From the NCBI GenBank assembly GCA_044892525.1, contig CM097885.1, positions 5,148,001 through 5,212,000 of the forward strand: DNA of 64,000 nucleotides, in the 5' to 3' direction. Below, piece after piece: positions 1-11,597 of the stretch (positions within the stretch are counted from its first letter, which is position 1; each line of letters starts with the position of its first letter). This DNA comes from Schmidtea polychroa. Lineage: Eukaryota. The position numbers were made by a program, and so were the translations under genes. The notes under the pieces are model-generated. The model was not told the DNA's origin, ran no database searches, and was given only the letters and a program-made list of their open reading frames with translations.

Positions 1-859
1 GAACAACCATCATCACACCTAACGATAACCCTCGCGACACACCGCTAAGCGCCCAACAAATAGAAAGATTTCATCTATTGGCCATTTTTAATATGAGGTA
101 TGTAAACGATATGAAAATTATAAAACAAAGGAAATGTTCCATTTATAATACATAGAAATCATACTAGCAGTAGCGGCGGTCATTGGTAGCGGTACTGTAT
201 TTTGGTATTGATCGTATTGCATGCTCACATTGGGTGGGTTGTATTTTAGTAGCAGTCAAATGGTTGGTATAGGGTAGTCCTGCAACAGTTACCCCGTGTT
301 TGTGGTCAATATAACAATATGGTAACCATGGCAGCATGTTTGATCTTCATGTTGGGCTAAAGGGCGAGAAAAGCCAAATAGAGAGGATCAACTTATGCAA
401 TCAACTGACGCGTAATAATAACGTAGGAAAATTAGTTCAGTAAAACAATAAGGAAAATAACAAGTAAACCGAAAATAAAATAATAAAATAAAAACAAAGA
501 AAATAATAACTAGTAAAAAGCAATTGTTATAAAAATCAAATGGACAAAAACACGAAATTACAAACAATAGAACCGACAGGATCCGACAAAACAGAGAGAA
601 AAAAATAAGAACAATTAAAGTAACAAATAAATCGTAAAATAAAATCATTAAAAACCTTAGAAAATTGAATTAAAAGAATAAAACAGTAAATTACACCGCA
701 TCTGGATCCTGATTGGACCAAAATTAATATAAATGGAATTGAATTAGTTACGCTTGCTTAATGCTAAAACTTTCGATAGGAGCAGCAACCAATTTCAGAA
801 TTCATTATAGAGAGTAAAACTGGAGAAAAATCACTCAGTACAGCAATTCAAGGGACGTA

Positions 860-1402
860 AAAGAAATGTTTTGATAACCAGTGTGAGTTCCAGAACAAAC
901 CATGCGTTGGGTTAGAACTGATATCTAGATTCCAGCAGCCAGGAAAGCGGTAAGAGCAATAAGGCCTAGAAACCATTCGGTTTGTGCCGGGATATCTAAG
1001 GGCGGAATAGTTTTTCATAAGACACAAAATCCAGCTTATAATGGAGATAATTTTATTGAATTCTTGACAGATGTTTCGAAAAATGAAAGAGTTGAACACG
1101 GAAAATTATGCGATAGTTATGGATAATGTGGCTTTCCACGGGGTTTTTGGCGTTGAAATGTTATAGCGGAATATGGACGCAATATTTTATTTCTTCCGCC
1201 ATAAAGTCCGCAACTGAATCCCATTGGAGGAGTTTTTAGCAAATGGAAGCGCTGTGTTAAATCCATGGATTCAAATACCGCCGGTGAACTTGGAAACGCA
1301 ATTCTAGGCGCAGTTCCTTCTGTAACGGTGAATGATTGTTTAGGTATTTATGGTGATGTTAGGATGTTTGCTTTAAAGGCGATTCGGCGGGAAGCATTTT
1401 AA
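860..1402 (+). mobile_element. IS630/Tc1/mariner (DDE_3-type) transposase remnant
   Basis: Broken frames give NYAIVMDNVAFH (~1105-1140) and LFLPP*SPQLNPI..FSKWKRCVK (~1187-1260), typical catalytic blocks; several frameshifts and stops. Confidence 0.75.
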
Positions 1403-4299
1403 TTAAATAGCTTAAATCAAATGCTGTATGTAGTTTTTGTATTTGTTAATATAGTTGTTTATCTGAGAAACGCTGTAATAACATTTGTCTAAACAATGAT
1501 TGGAGGGATTTCAAATTGCAATTAAAATGATTTTGGTTAATAATCTGCAGCGCTTTTTATGTAAACCTTGATGATGATTTCTTTTGATCAACGGCGTTTC
1601 AATTAAGCAGTGCCAATGATTTTAGGTGACGATTGACATGATTCTGAGGATTGTTGATGAGGGTAAATTGATTAATAGGAAATGTTAAATGATAATTGTT
1701 AACGGGTTTCTTTAAATAGTAATTGGTAACAATTTTCATCTAAATTATAATGGATAACGATTGATAAAGATGCTTGAGATTGTAATGGATCACGATTTGT
1801 AATCAATGATGATTTCCCGAAATATTGCTTGTAATGATTTCCGTGTAATGCTAGATAACGATTTGTGATAATGACCGAGGGTGACTTGTAATTATTATTA
1901 ATGAATAATGAGTTTCTAAGCATGAGTGGCACTGATTTTGTAAATGATAATTAATACATTTTTAACTACTGATGGATGATGATGCTTAAGTAACAATCAT
2001 GTCAATAAATACGCATGAGGAATTTTAAAGACCTATTGATAATAAATGTTTAGTAATGCCTGATTTCGATTTTTACTAATGAGAATAAAATTCTGATGCT
2101 AATCAAACTTATGATTGAAAGCCTCATCCTTTTCCCCAGGTCAGCTTTCTCTCGCATTGAACATTTGTCTGAATAACTCACAACATTAGTATACAAGATG
2201 GCTAAAGGAACAGCGTCTGTTCAATTGATTGCTATTTTTAGTAGAGAAGTTATTTGTGTATAAACCCTTATTTTTCTTTTTCAGCAACATGTCTAGACCA
2301 AACCCCTCCACATCAAGTTTAAAGCCGTGTTTATCCTGGGCGGACAAAAATGCTACCCTTAGCCAGAACCAAAAGGAGATTAAAGGACTATTAAAAATAA
2401 AAATCGATCATTATTAGAAATTTATAAAACTTATAAAGATAGAAATAACAGATAATAACAGATAATAATAATAATAATAATAATAATAATTCTCACCGGA
2501 TCAGAAACATTTGATAAGCATGCATCACAAAACCAACGATCAGTGCTGGAATCACTAGTATCATCGGACATGAACACGCAGTCAGATATCTTATAGCAGT
2601 CTATAAAGCAATCCAATAAACACATCATGCGTATCATCACATTTTATAATTTAGTTTTATTAGCATTTGTCCGTTATTCATTCAGCTTATCTAGTATCAT
2701 TTCACTTTCTCTTTTCTTCAATTGTCATTTTTCCTGTCTTTTAGAAGGATCTCGTTTAGCTATGATTATAAATTATCATATACAAAAATTGTTATTTGCA
2801 TTTAAATATAATTTTATATATAATATATTATGAATATTTAAACAATAGAAATCCAGAAATAATTTACTAAATTATATTTTGAACTAGAAAAGCACATAAA
2901 AATTGCATGTAGAGAAAATGAATCGGTAAAAAAATATTATTTATCGAAATCGTCATTTTCAATATGAGAATTTAAAAATTCGTTAAAGCATATAAATATG
3001 TATGTAGAAATATTCGAATAATCAAAGTTTCTGTCTTTTACAATAATTTTTTTAGACATTGAATTAATGACATTTAAAATGAAATTGAAAATAGACATAA
3101 AGTAGCATAAAACAACTCTTATGAAGCTTTGTGATCGATATAGAATTATGTTTACAAACAGCAAATGTCGAAGTTTCTATAACTGAGAGTCAGACTTAAC
3201 TGGTTCCTATATAAAATAACTATGACAAGACTTTTATAATAAACAATATTTAACAATAAAATTTACCGATTTAAAAATTTTAAGAATTTTTAAATTTGAT
3301 TTAAATATGATGCGTGTCACACCAGCAAATACATTCAATTTTTATTCCTGATATCTCCCTTTGAAATTTATTTCAACTAAGGACTGCAACATTAAAACTA
3401 ATGGTTCAAAAATATTACATTTCAAAATTGCAAACATAGAACTGAACTTTCGAACGAACTTCGTTGTAACAGATCTAACTCACCCAATTCTTTGAGTTGA
3501 TTTCCTAGCAAACTATAAATTTTTAAATTATTGGAAACAGACAAAAATCTACATTGCAGGAGAACCGACAGAAACTGGAGAAATAGCTGCCCCTGATAAA
3601 ACCAATTTTGTTCTTTTTGAGCCAGCACATAAGATAGAATTGACGTCTGCGTGGGAAGTATCTAGGAATGATGAGAAAGGAATTAAATGAGTTAATAATA
3701 ATGCTATAAATGATATTAATGATAAATGCTACTTTACGGGAAATAAGTGTTGGGCTAGAACTGATTTCTAACCCTAAAGTTAGGAATGAGACGAAATGTG
3801 TCATTACACAACACGCATACCCAGCATTAAGTATACATAAATAAAAATATATAAAACACCAAGTAAACAATGATAATAGAGAGATAATATACCTAAAAAT
3901 AAAAAACATCTGAATTAAAAATAAAATAAAACACGAGCAAGAAGTACTACACAAAAACGTACTCAAACATAACCGAAAGACATAAAACAACAAAAACAAA
4001 TTCGAATAAAGGCGATTAGTAAAAATTAAAAAAGAAAATTAAAGGAAATCTTTATAAAATCTTAAGTAAAGAAAATTATATCAAATTCTGAAATCAAACA
4101 AATGCATTTAATAAAAATTAAAATAATCGACATACACAACCGCCGCCTGCTCGCCCGCCCGCCCGCACGCCGCCCGCCCCGAAGGGGCTGGCGCGGTAGT
4201 TTGTAAATTTGGTTTAGTTTGAATATTATTATTTGAAACATAGTTTTATTATTTACAATATTCAAAGTATTAATAACAAAGGTAAAGAAATAAATGTTT

Positions 4300-4847
4300 A
4301 TTAAATGTATATAGTATGATACTCATTAATATACATTGAACATGCTTTACATTTGCGAACATTTGAATCATGGCATTTAGAACATACAATAACATGTCGG
4401 CAAGGTAAAAACAAAACCGATACTTGATTTTTTTACAAATGTAACAAGTTAAATACATTTTCCTACCATCATTGAGTTTTTTCGTTAGCTTATTTTCAAT
4501 CAAATCGGATTTCAATATCCATTCATAAATCAATCTCCTGGTTCCAGCCTTAAATCCATACAATTCCAAAAGCATTCATTCAATGAATCATTATCTACTA
4601 TTGCTTTGTCTAAATGCATCAAATAAATCGATAACTTCAAAATGCATTTATTGTAATTAAATAAATCAATCAAATATCCAATTGAGGAATGTTTGAAAAT
4701 TTCTAAAGTTTTTATGGTTTCCTTTTCAGTGAGAGTATCATAATTGTTCATAAAATTTTCAACGGTGCAGTTTAAAAACTTGAATGATCTCGTGATCATC
4801 AGTAATTTCTTAATAAATTTATGAAAATACTTATATTCTGCACACAT
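4300..4847 (-). pseudogene. Viral accessory protein with C-terminal IAP-like C3HC4 RING finger (frameshifted)
   Basis: Correcting one frameshift in an A-run at ~4430 gives CYICKKNQVSVLFLPCRHVIVCSKCHDSNVRKCKACSMYI; upstream ORF 4530-4847 probably belongs to the same gene through another frameshift. Confidence 0.75.
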
Positions 4848-5171
4848 TTATAAGATATACATTAAAACAAATCATTTATTAAACAAGAAAATAATTTAAA
4901 ATCAATAATGTTAGTCAAAAAATTGATGAACTCTTATTTAATCCCAATATTTAATAATATGAATTTCCTTGTTAATCGCTCAGAAACAATTCTTGAAGAT
5001 AATCATATCGATATGCCCGATGTGAAAAATTAATGAATTTATTGAAACTATTGAAAGTTTTAGGTATTGTATAAAAGTTTATCAAAACTATAATAAATCT
5101 TGGTAAATGTTGTTGCTTTTGAATAATAGTATAAACATAATTAGTTTTTTTCATTTTAATTATTTTCAACC

Positions 5172-5559
5172 ATGTCGGAAAAAGGTAAAATATGAATTTT
5201 TAAATGTTTATTAATTTTTTTTTTATTTAGCATATATCATCAACTTTTTGATTGAAAAATTAGAGGAAATATCTAATGTAAAAATTAGAGAATTTATGAA
5301 TGTTCCAGAGAAATTAAAATGGCCGTATTCAGACGATGAAATTAATGAAGATGATATGTCATATGAATCTGAAAATATTTCCCAGCAAGAAGATGAATAT
5401 ACTGATTTGCCTAGTGAAGAACTTAAGTCATGTATTGAGAATTCTACAACAGATAAATTACTAAATGAATCTAAACAAGAAGATGAATCTATTGTTTTTA
5501 CTACGTGTATTGATCATATTGTTGAAAATATAATGAAAAGAGATTGTATTGAAGATTAA
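5172..5559 (+). CDS. Small acidic hypothetical protein, two exons (5172-5184, 5231-5559)
   Basis: ATG TCG GAA AAA G|GTAAAA...TTTAG|CA TAT; removing a 46-bp intron gives in-frame MSEKAYIINFLIEKLEE... Confidence 0.55.
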
Positions 5560-5631
5560 TAAATTTAAAACTTTAGTTATTTTCAATGATTTAAAAACAC
5601 CAAAACACTAATAAAGATATATTAAATAAAT

Positions 5632-6230
5632 TTAACATGAACAATGTTCCTCTTCAAACTTATCTTCGGCTTTTATAATTTTCAAAATTGGTTTGGTTTG
5701 GTCTCTGCTTGCATTATACCCTTGAATTAATATGGTAACCATGCAGGTTATTTTGCTCATCTTACCACCATTGGGAATCATATCCAAATCGTTTCTAATG
5801 AACATATCCTCATCATCAAATTCAATATTTTCATTGATCCTCTGAAATAATTGTCCCAATAGCATCTTTTCGTGAAACTTGATTTTGGAAAGTCTTACAT
5901 TGTAGAAACATTTTTCCAGAGTTACAGGTTCTTAATAATAAATAATAATAATAAAATCCAAAATAATTTATAGAAACTTACCTTAAATGTATAGGAAATT
6001 GGACAATACAAATAATTTAGTTTGTATTGCATGAATTCGACTGGCTTTTTTGTATCCACTCGAACATTGACCAAGGTTTCCGTGGATAATGTCGTTTCTT
6101 TAAATTTCCTTTTTCTGAATTCCTGAGCGGCATCTGCATTTTTTCTCTTCAAAACTCCTAGATTAAAAAACTAATAAATGGGATATGTGTAAACGACAAC
6201 AAACCTGTAATTTGATTATCCGTTTGTAGT
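5632..6230 (-). CDS. Hypothetical multi-exon viral accessory ORF
   Basis: ORFs 5922-6152 and 5632-5865 with donor AAG|GTAAGT at ~5980 and CAG|GTTTGT...CTAG at ~6205-6160; no recognisable domain. Confidence 0.4.
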
Positions 6231-6424
6231 TATAATATTTAATAATTTGAACCAGATATTTATACTAATTTCATTGTAAACAAGTTTCAAGTGAGAGGCA
6301 TGAACAAAACGTGATCAACTAGTTCATTTTATGCTAAATAACAAAGTCTGAAATGATTTATTGTACACAAAGAAATATTATAGGTTAATTAAGGTTATCA
6401 CAAAACAAATATAATTATATTTTA

Positions 6425-6811
6425 TTACAACAATACATTTTTTCGCAATTCCACAAGTAATGCATGAATTATTTCTCGTTTCTGTAGATTTACAAAACAT
6501 GTACAACTATCATCCCCACAAGTATTCTGCATATTATTTTTACAAAAATCACAATTTTCAACATCATCGGTATAACATGTAATCGTAGCATGATCCATAT
6601 GAATTAAGTCTATTACATTTATTCCAGTTATTTCATAAATTTTGTAAAACACAACTTCTGGAGCACAATACATTAAGGAATTGTTCAAATTCGGATAAAA
6701 ATCTTCAATTTTATCAATCAAAATTTTTAGTATAGTTTCTAAACAAAAATCAGTAAATTTAAAATAAAAACAGTTACCTTCATGTTTAATCATTGTTGAA
6801 TAAATATTCAA
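6425..6811 (-). CDS. Hypothetical Cys-containing viral accessory protein
   Basis: 128-aa ORF directly downstream of the TBP-like gene, CxxC near the C-terminus. Confidence 0.4.
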   Translation of the reverse strand: MNIYSTMIKHEGNCFYFKFTDFCLETILKILIDKIEDFYPNLNNSLMYCAPEVVFYKIYEITGINVIDLIHMDHATITCYTDDVENCDFCKNNMQNTCGDDSCTCFVNLQKREIIHALLVELRKNVLL

Positions 6812-6856
6812 GCAAATCCTCGTTACTTATATTTGAAGAAATTGATAAAGATCCAA

Positions 6857-7297
6857 TCAAATCTTTACATCGTTTATAATTCCTTCAACAATAGTATGAA
6901 AATCTAAATTTTTAATACCTAGTACAACTATTTTACCACTTGAAAATATATTTACACATAGTGGATTATATTTTGTATAACGCAGAGCGGGAAATAATTC
7001 AGGCTCATATATACAATCTCAATCTAATAACTTTGCTAAATTATTCAAATTAATAGATTGTTCAACCTTGGTAGCTATAGTAAGACTTTGAACTTGAATA
7101 TCTTTGATATTATATTGCAAATTCTCGAATTCGATAGGCTTCTTACAACCTATTATACAACATTTACCATTTTTGAAAAATATAATAGTATATTTTCCAG
7201 TTTTGTCAACATATTGTTGTGGTTTATACTTGGGGAAATTCATCATACCAACAGTTTCCAAAGACACACGACCTCTATAATTAATATTTGTCAACAT
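6857..7297 (-). pseudogene. TATA-binding protein (TBP)-like gene carried by the Polinton-like element; one in-frame stop
   Basis: Reading through TGA at 7019-7021: repeat 1 IIFFKNGKCCIIGCK; repeat 2 INLNNLA...IYEPELFPALRYTKYNPLCVNIFSSGKIVVLGIK, matching TBP YEPELFPGLIYR...IFxSGKVVLTG; intronless. Confidence 0.85.
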
Positions 7298-7323
7298 TTC
7301 TACTGAATATTTATAAAAATCAA

Positions 7324-7325
<2 letters not shown>

Positions 7326-7385
<60 letters not shown>
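7326..7385. repeat. (TA)n microsatellite between the divergent TBP-like and ATPase genes
   Basis: About 30 TA units. Confidence 0.95.
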
Positions 7386-7388
<3 letters not shown>

Positions 7389-7460
7389 ATATTATAGAGT
7401 AATTAAATCAATTTATTCTTTACGATATAAACAAAATTAATTTTTAAATGAATATTAAAA

Positions 7461-8086
7461 ATGGAACTAAGAAATGATGCTGTATATCAAATAGTCGGAC
7501 CAAGTGGTAGAGGCAAAACTTGGTTTGTTTGCAAATTACTAAAATCACATTTATTTAAATCAAAATTTAACAAAAATTATTGGCATCGAGTGCTGATCAA
7601 GAACACGGATTGACTCAATCAAGTTTCTGTAAATTGAAAAATATGAAAATATTAGAGGGATTTGATAAAAATTGGTCCAGTAGACTAAAGAAGGGGGATG
7701 TCATAATTATTGATGACTTGTATCAAGAGGCTAATAAAGAAAAGAATTTCAATAATTTATTTACCAAAATCAGTAGACACGTTGGTGTAACTGTTATTTT
7801 TATAACTCAAAATATATTTCATCAAGGCGTTGCATATTGAACTCGTAATTTAAATGTTCAATATTTGGTTGTTTTTAAAAACGCTAGAGATGCAACAGTT
7901 ATAGATTTTCTTGCAAGACAAGCATATCCAAATAATCGTAATTTTCTGATTAATGCATTTCAAGATGCTACAAAACAACCTCATTGATATATATTTCTTG
8001 ATTTCACACAACAGTGTCCTGATGATTTAAGAGTGAGAACTGATATTTTCAATAAAGAAGGGTCAATGGTTTATAAACAAAGTTAA
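7461..8086 (+). pseudogene. Polinton A32/FtsK-like DNA packaging ATPase
   Basis: Walker A GPSGRGKT, Walker B VIIIDDLY, then LFTKISRH..VIFITQNIF..RNLNVQYLVVFKNARD..LARQAYP..AFQDATKQPH.YIFLDFTQ..LRVRTDIF; frameshift and stops. Confidence 0.92.
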
Positions 8087-8224
8087 AACCTGGATTGACT
8101 GATCATGTTTTTGAGAGCGAGAGTTAAAAATCTTAGAAACGATATTGAAAAAGAAAAAATTAGCGTTGCACCAAAAACTAGTTATACACCTCCTAAAATA
8201 CTTGTTACAGAAAACTTTCCATGA

Positions 8225-8607
8225 ATGAATCTCATTTCAAAAAATCCAAAATCTAAACCAAATAAAAAGCCTAAACAAGTAAAAACAATAACAAATCATC
8301 GTAGTTTTCCATTTTTTAATGCATTGTTAAAGGCACCGAGCATGAAAAGAATGACTATTTTGCAATCATTTCCAAATTTTGTTGTAGATGATTTACTTGA
8401 TATTATACTCAAAGTAGTAAAAGGCAAGACTATAATTAGCAAATCTGACAAAATTATTTTAAAAAGTACCAAAAACCTCTGTTGACGCTAGTAAATAATA
8501 GAAATCGTAAACAAATGAGAAAGATTATATATAAACAACAAGGAGGGCTTATTGCTGCATTAATACCATTGACATTATCATTATTAGGTGGAGCTAAAAT
8601 CGTCATA
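8225..8607 (+). pseudogene. Polinton small basic protein with QxGG motif and hydrophobic C-terminal helix
   Basis: After a frameshift at ~8465: RKIIYKQQGGLIAALIPLTLSLLGG, as in Polinton core/membrane-active small proteins. Confidence 0.65.
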
Positions 8608-8669
8608 AACAATGGGTGCTAATCCTTCATTACCTAATTTAAATTTTAATTTTAAATCTTCATGTTGTA

Positions 8670-9272
8670 ATGGAGAAGATATGGACGAATCCAAAAGACG
8701 AAGCAGGTTTCGGTGTAGTGGCAAAAATAAAGAAAAGAGTTCCGAATTCGAAAAAAGAAACCCAGAAGTGGTTATCAGATCAGCTTGCGTACAGTTTGAA
8801 CAAACCAATGCGGAAAAGATTTCCAAAAAGAGCCTATAAAACATTTGCAAATGGATTTGATGGAGATGATACCGTATTTGAAAATTAACAATGGAAATAA
8901 ATATATTTTAACATGTATTAATGTATTCAGCAGGTTTGCACGAGCAATACCAGTCAAGGCAAAATCTGTAGATGAAATGTCCAAGGCAATTAATATTTTA
9001 TTTAAAGATGGACATCCTAATAACTTGCAAACAGATTTGGGTATTATTATTATTATTATTATTAAAAACAATAAAATGATAATTTAAGCCTTTTGCTGCA
9101 AATAATGTATTTAATGAAAGAATTTTCGACTATATGATAGTCCTTGTCAATCTCAAGGACTATCGTATAGTCGAAAATTCTTTCATTAAATTCATTATTT
9201 GCAGCAAAAGGCTTAAATTATCATTTTATTGTTTTAAATAATAAATGCTGCTACCAAGCAATCATCATTTTA

Positions 9273-9342
<70 letters not shown>

Positions 9343-9937
9343 TTAGGTAAAGAATTCTACAATAGCAAAGTTAAGCAAATCCTCAATAAACTGATAATAA
9401 ATCACTACTCGGTACATTCTCAATACAAAGCTGCCAATGTTGAAAGATTTAATCGAACATTGAGAGATAGATTAAAGAAATTGTTCGTGCATCAAGGTAA
9501 TAAAAAATGGGTAAATGCTTTACCGAAAATAATAACAAGTTATAATCATTCATCACATCGAGGACTGAATGGATTGAGACCGGTTGATATTACATCGAAA
9601 ACATTCTATTCTAAGAAATCTGTAAAAATTGCAAAACCTTAATATAAAGTCGGTGACCATGTTAAAATTAGTAAAATTAGTGCATCACCATTTATTAAAT
9701 TTTTTCGTACAAATTGGAGTGATGAAGTCTTTGTAATTTCAAAAATAAATACTAAACAGAATCCTGTAATGTATGTCATCAAAGACAGTGATAATAATAT
9801 TGTACAAGGAAAATTTTATGAGCAGGAATTACAAGTCATTCCTCCTCCAAAAGTATTTAGAATTCAAAAAATATTGAAAACTAAAAAGGTCGGCAAGGAT
9901 AAACAATACTATGTCAAATGGCATGGTTATCAGTAAA
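8670..9937 (+). pseudogene. Polinton rve-type integrase with C-terminal chromodomain-like region
   Basis: QMDL..KYILTCINVFSRFARAIP..LQTDLG|KEFYNS..KAANVERFNRTLR..YNHSSHR..YKVGDHVKISK..NWSDEVF..GKFYEQELQ..YYVKWHGY; interrupted by insertion 9041-9346. Confidence 0.93.
9041..9346. repeat. Hairpin insertion (~88-bp inverted arms, 7-nt loop) flanked by (ATT)n; GT...AG bounded
   Basis: Arms 9058-9146 and 9154-9243; a related single arm lies at ~56258-56370, so it is a dispersed repeat. Confidence 0.9.
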
Positions 9938-9949
9938 AGACCTAGTAAA

Positions 9950-10100
9950 GTGAATTTTTATACTATTTTGCCGAGCAATAGTTGCTCATTAATTCATCCA
10001 GACAATCAAGCCAGTAAATTCATGGTCAATCTCCAGAATCCGATTTCTTTAAATGGGGACTGGGAAGTTGCACTGCAAGATTTTACATTCGTGTACAACT
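9950..10100 (+). pseudogene. Polinton minor capsid (penton) N-terminal fragment
   Basis: NFYTILPSNSC..HPDNQASKFMVNLQNPISLNGDWEVAL matches the FYxxLPSNS...WEVAL penton start. Confidence 0.85.
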
Positions 10101-10286
10101 TTACATTACTTTACATTTGTTTTGGCCCCAGATTTTGATTTGAATCAGAGTCAATTACCTCAAAATGGAAATTTACGATTATATATAAAGTTTGCAAAAG
10201 CTATTACAGAACCTGTGCATGTTATAATATATGGAGTATTTGAAAATGAAGTTCAAATTACTGCAAATAGAACCGTTCTGGTATAA
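10100..10286 (+). pseudogene. Polinton major capsid protein C-terminal fragment
   Basis: FTFVLAPD..GNLRLYIKFAKAITEPVHVIIYGVFENEVQITANRTV matches the Polinton MCP C-terminus. Confidence 0.8.
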
Positions 10287-10349
10287 ATGTATACAGAAAT
10301 ACAGAAGTTGTCATGGAGTAAGTTTTTTTTATACTGTTTAATTTATTAA

Positions 10350-10688
10350 AATAGTTCTGTTCAGGTTAATCGAATTGGAAAACAAATATTAGGAAATGAA
10401 TATTTAGGAGTTTTTCCTCTCGATAAAATACCATTTTTGAAAAATAATCAAGCCATAAACGTCAATACCCCTGCATCTCATCTCGGCGGAGAGCATTGGA
10501 TTGCAATCTATATGAAACCAGATAAGATACATGTATTCGATTCTATGGGTTTCTACTATCCTGCTTTATTGGTTTCGAAACTACAAACAATGGGCAAACC
10601 TATTGTATATAATAAAACAATGTATCAACACCCTTTAACTCGTACGTGCGGACAACATTGTTTAGGATGGATTATGTCTATTAAATAA
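10350..10688 (+). CDS. Adenain-like (adenoviral-type) cysteine protease; start uncertain or frameshifted
   Basis: YLGVFPLD..INVNT..GEHWIAI..VFDSMG..YQHPLTRTCGQHC: catalytic H, D, Q and C all present. Confidence 0.88.
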   Translation, partial: NSSVQVNRIGKQILGNEYLGVFPLDKIPFLKNNQAINVNTPASHLGGEHWIAIYMKPDKIHVFDSMGFYYPALLVSKLQTMGKPIVYNKTMYQHPLTRTCGQHCLGWIMSIK

Positions 10689-11104
10689 TAAATGTTTTTA
10701 TAAAAATATGTTTTTATTATTTTATAATTATTATTATGTTTTATTATTATTATTATTATTATTATTATGTTTTATTATTTTTAAAAATGTTTTATATTAT
10801 TAGAATATTAAAAAATTCAGTCATGCACGGTACATGATCCGTACATGATTAATAGTAATTGTAATGGTAATAATAATAATAATAAATTATTTTGTACATT
10901 ATTCTAAGACTGACCGGATTCGCAAGTAATTAGAATAAATATTTGTTTAAAATGTCAATTTTACAGGTTTATATAAACTTATTATTTATATAAGTTCGGA
11001 AAGTTGTCTCTGAAAAATCAAAAACCAAAAATGAACAATACAATGAACAATTCCAGTAATATTTTACGTGCTCTCTTAACGAGCAGCAATTGAAATTATT
11101 AGAC

Positions 11105-11597
11105 CTGGGGTGGAGAACTTGTGGCCTTTAGGCCGCATACGGCCTACGGAGCTTTATGGAAATAAATCCTAATTTATATAAAAAACCATGAATTTTGAGT
11201 ATTTACAAATAAAAATAATTGTAACTACTGAACTCTATATATATCGTACTGTACTAGCATCCCGCCGAGTACACAGAATGAAATATAAAAGTCAATTATT
11301 CACACCCAAAAATTCAAAATGTATGTAGACAAATAAATAAGATTATTGAGCACTAATTTCTGAAATGATGACTTATTTGCTTCCACTTTTCGATTCAGAA
11401 ATAACAAACATTTTCTAGAATATTTCGTACAGCTGCATTTTTCAAATCTGGAGACTGATTATAAACATTGTTTTAATTACTAACTGTATATAAACAAAAG
11501 ATATAAAATGAAATTAAAAATATGTTAAAATACTTTTTGACTGCTGCCCCATTTCGAGGCGACAAATTTCAATGTGGCCTATGAGACACTCCATCTG
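11105..11597. mobile_element. Degenerate hAT-type MITE (mirror copy ~40918-41835, with an internal duplication)
   Basis: Starts CTGGGGTGGAGAACTTGTGGCC..GGCCGCATACGGCC and ends ATGTGGCC...CTCCATCTG; no clean TSD. Confidence 0.55.

Larger units (their letters stand above)
4130..10700. mobile_element. Decayed endogenous Polinton/Maverick (adintovirus-like) element, internally deleted; boundaries approximate
   Basis: Compact cluster of ATPase, QxGG small protein, rve integrase, penton/capsid fragments and adenain protease on +, with accessory ORFs to the left. No pPolB or paired TIRs seen. Confidence 0.9.

Noticed and set aside
388..721. Hydrophobic minus-strand ORFs (also 3523-3999)
   Set aside because: Antisense reading of A-rich low-complexity DNA; no domain.
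2431..2760. PHD-like WFCDAC fragment on the minus strand
   Set aside because: Too short and degraded to assign; probably a transposase C-terminal remnant.
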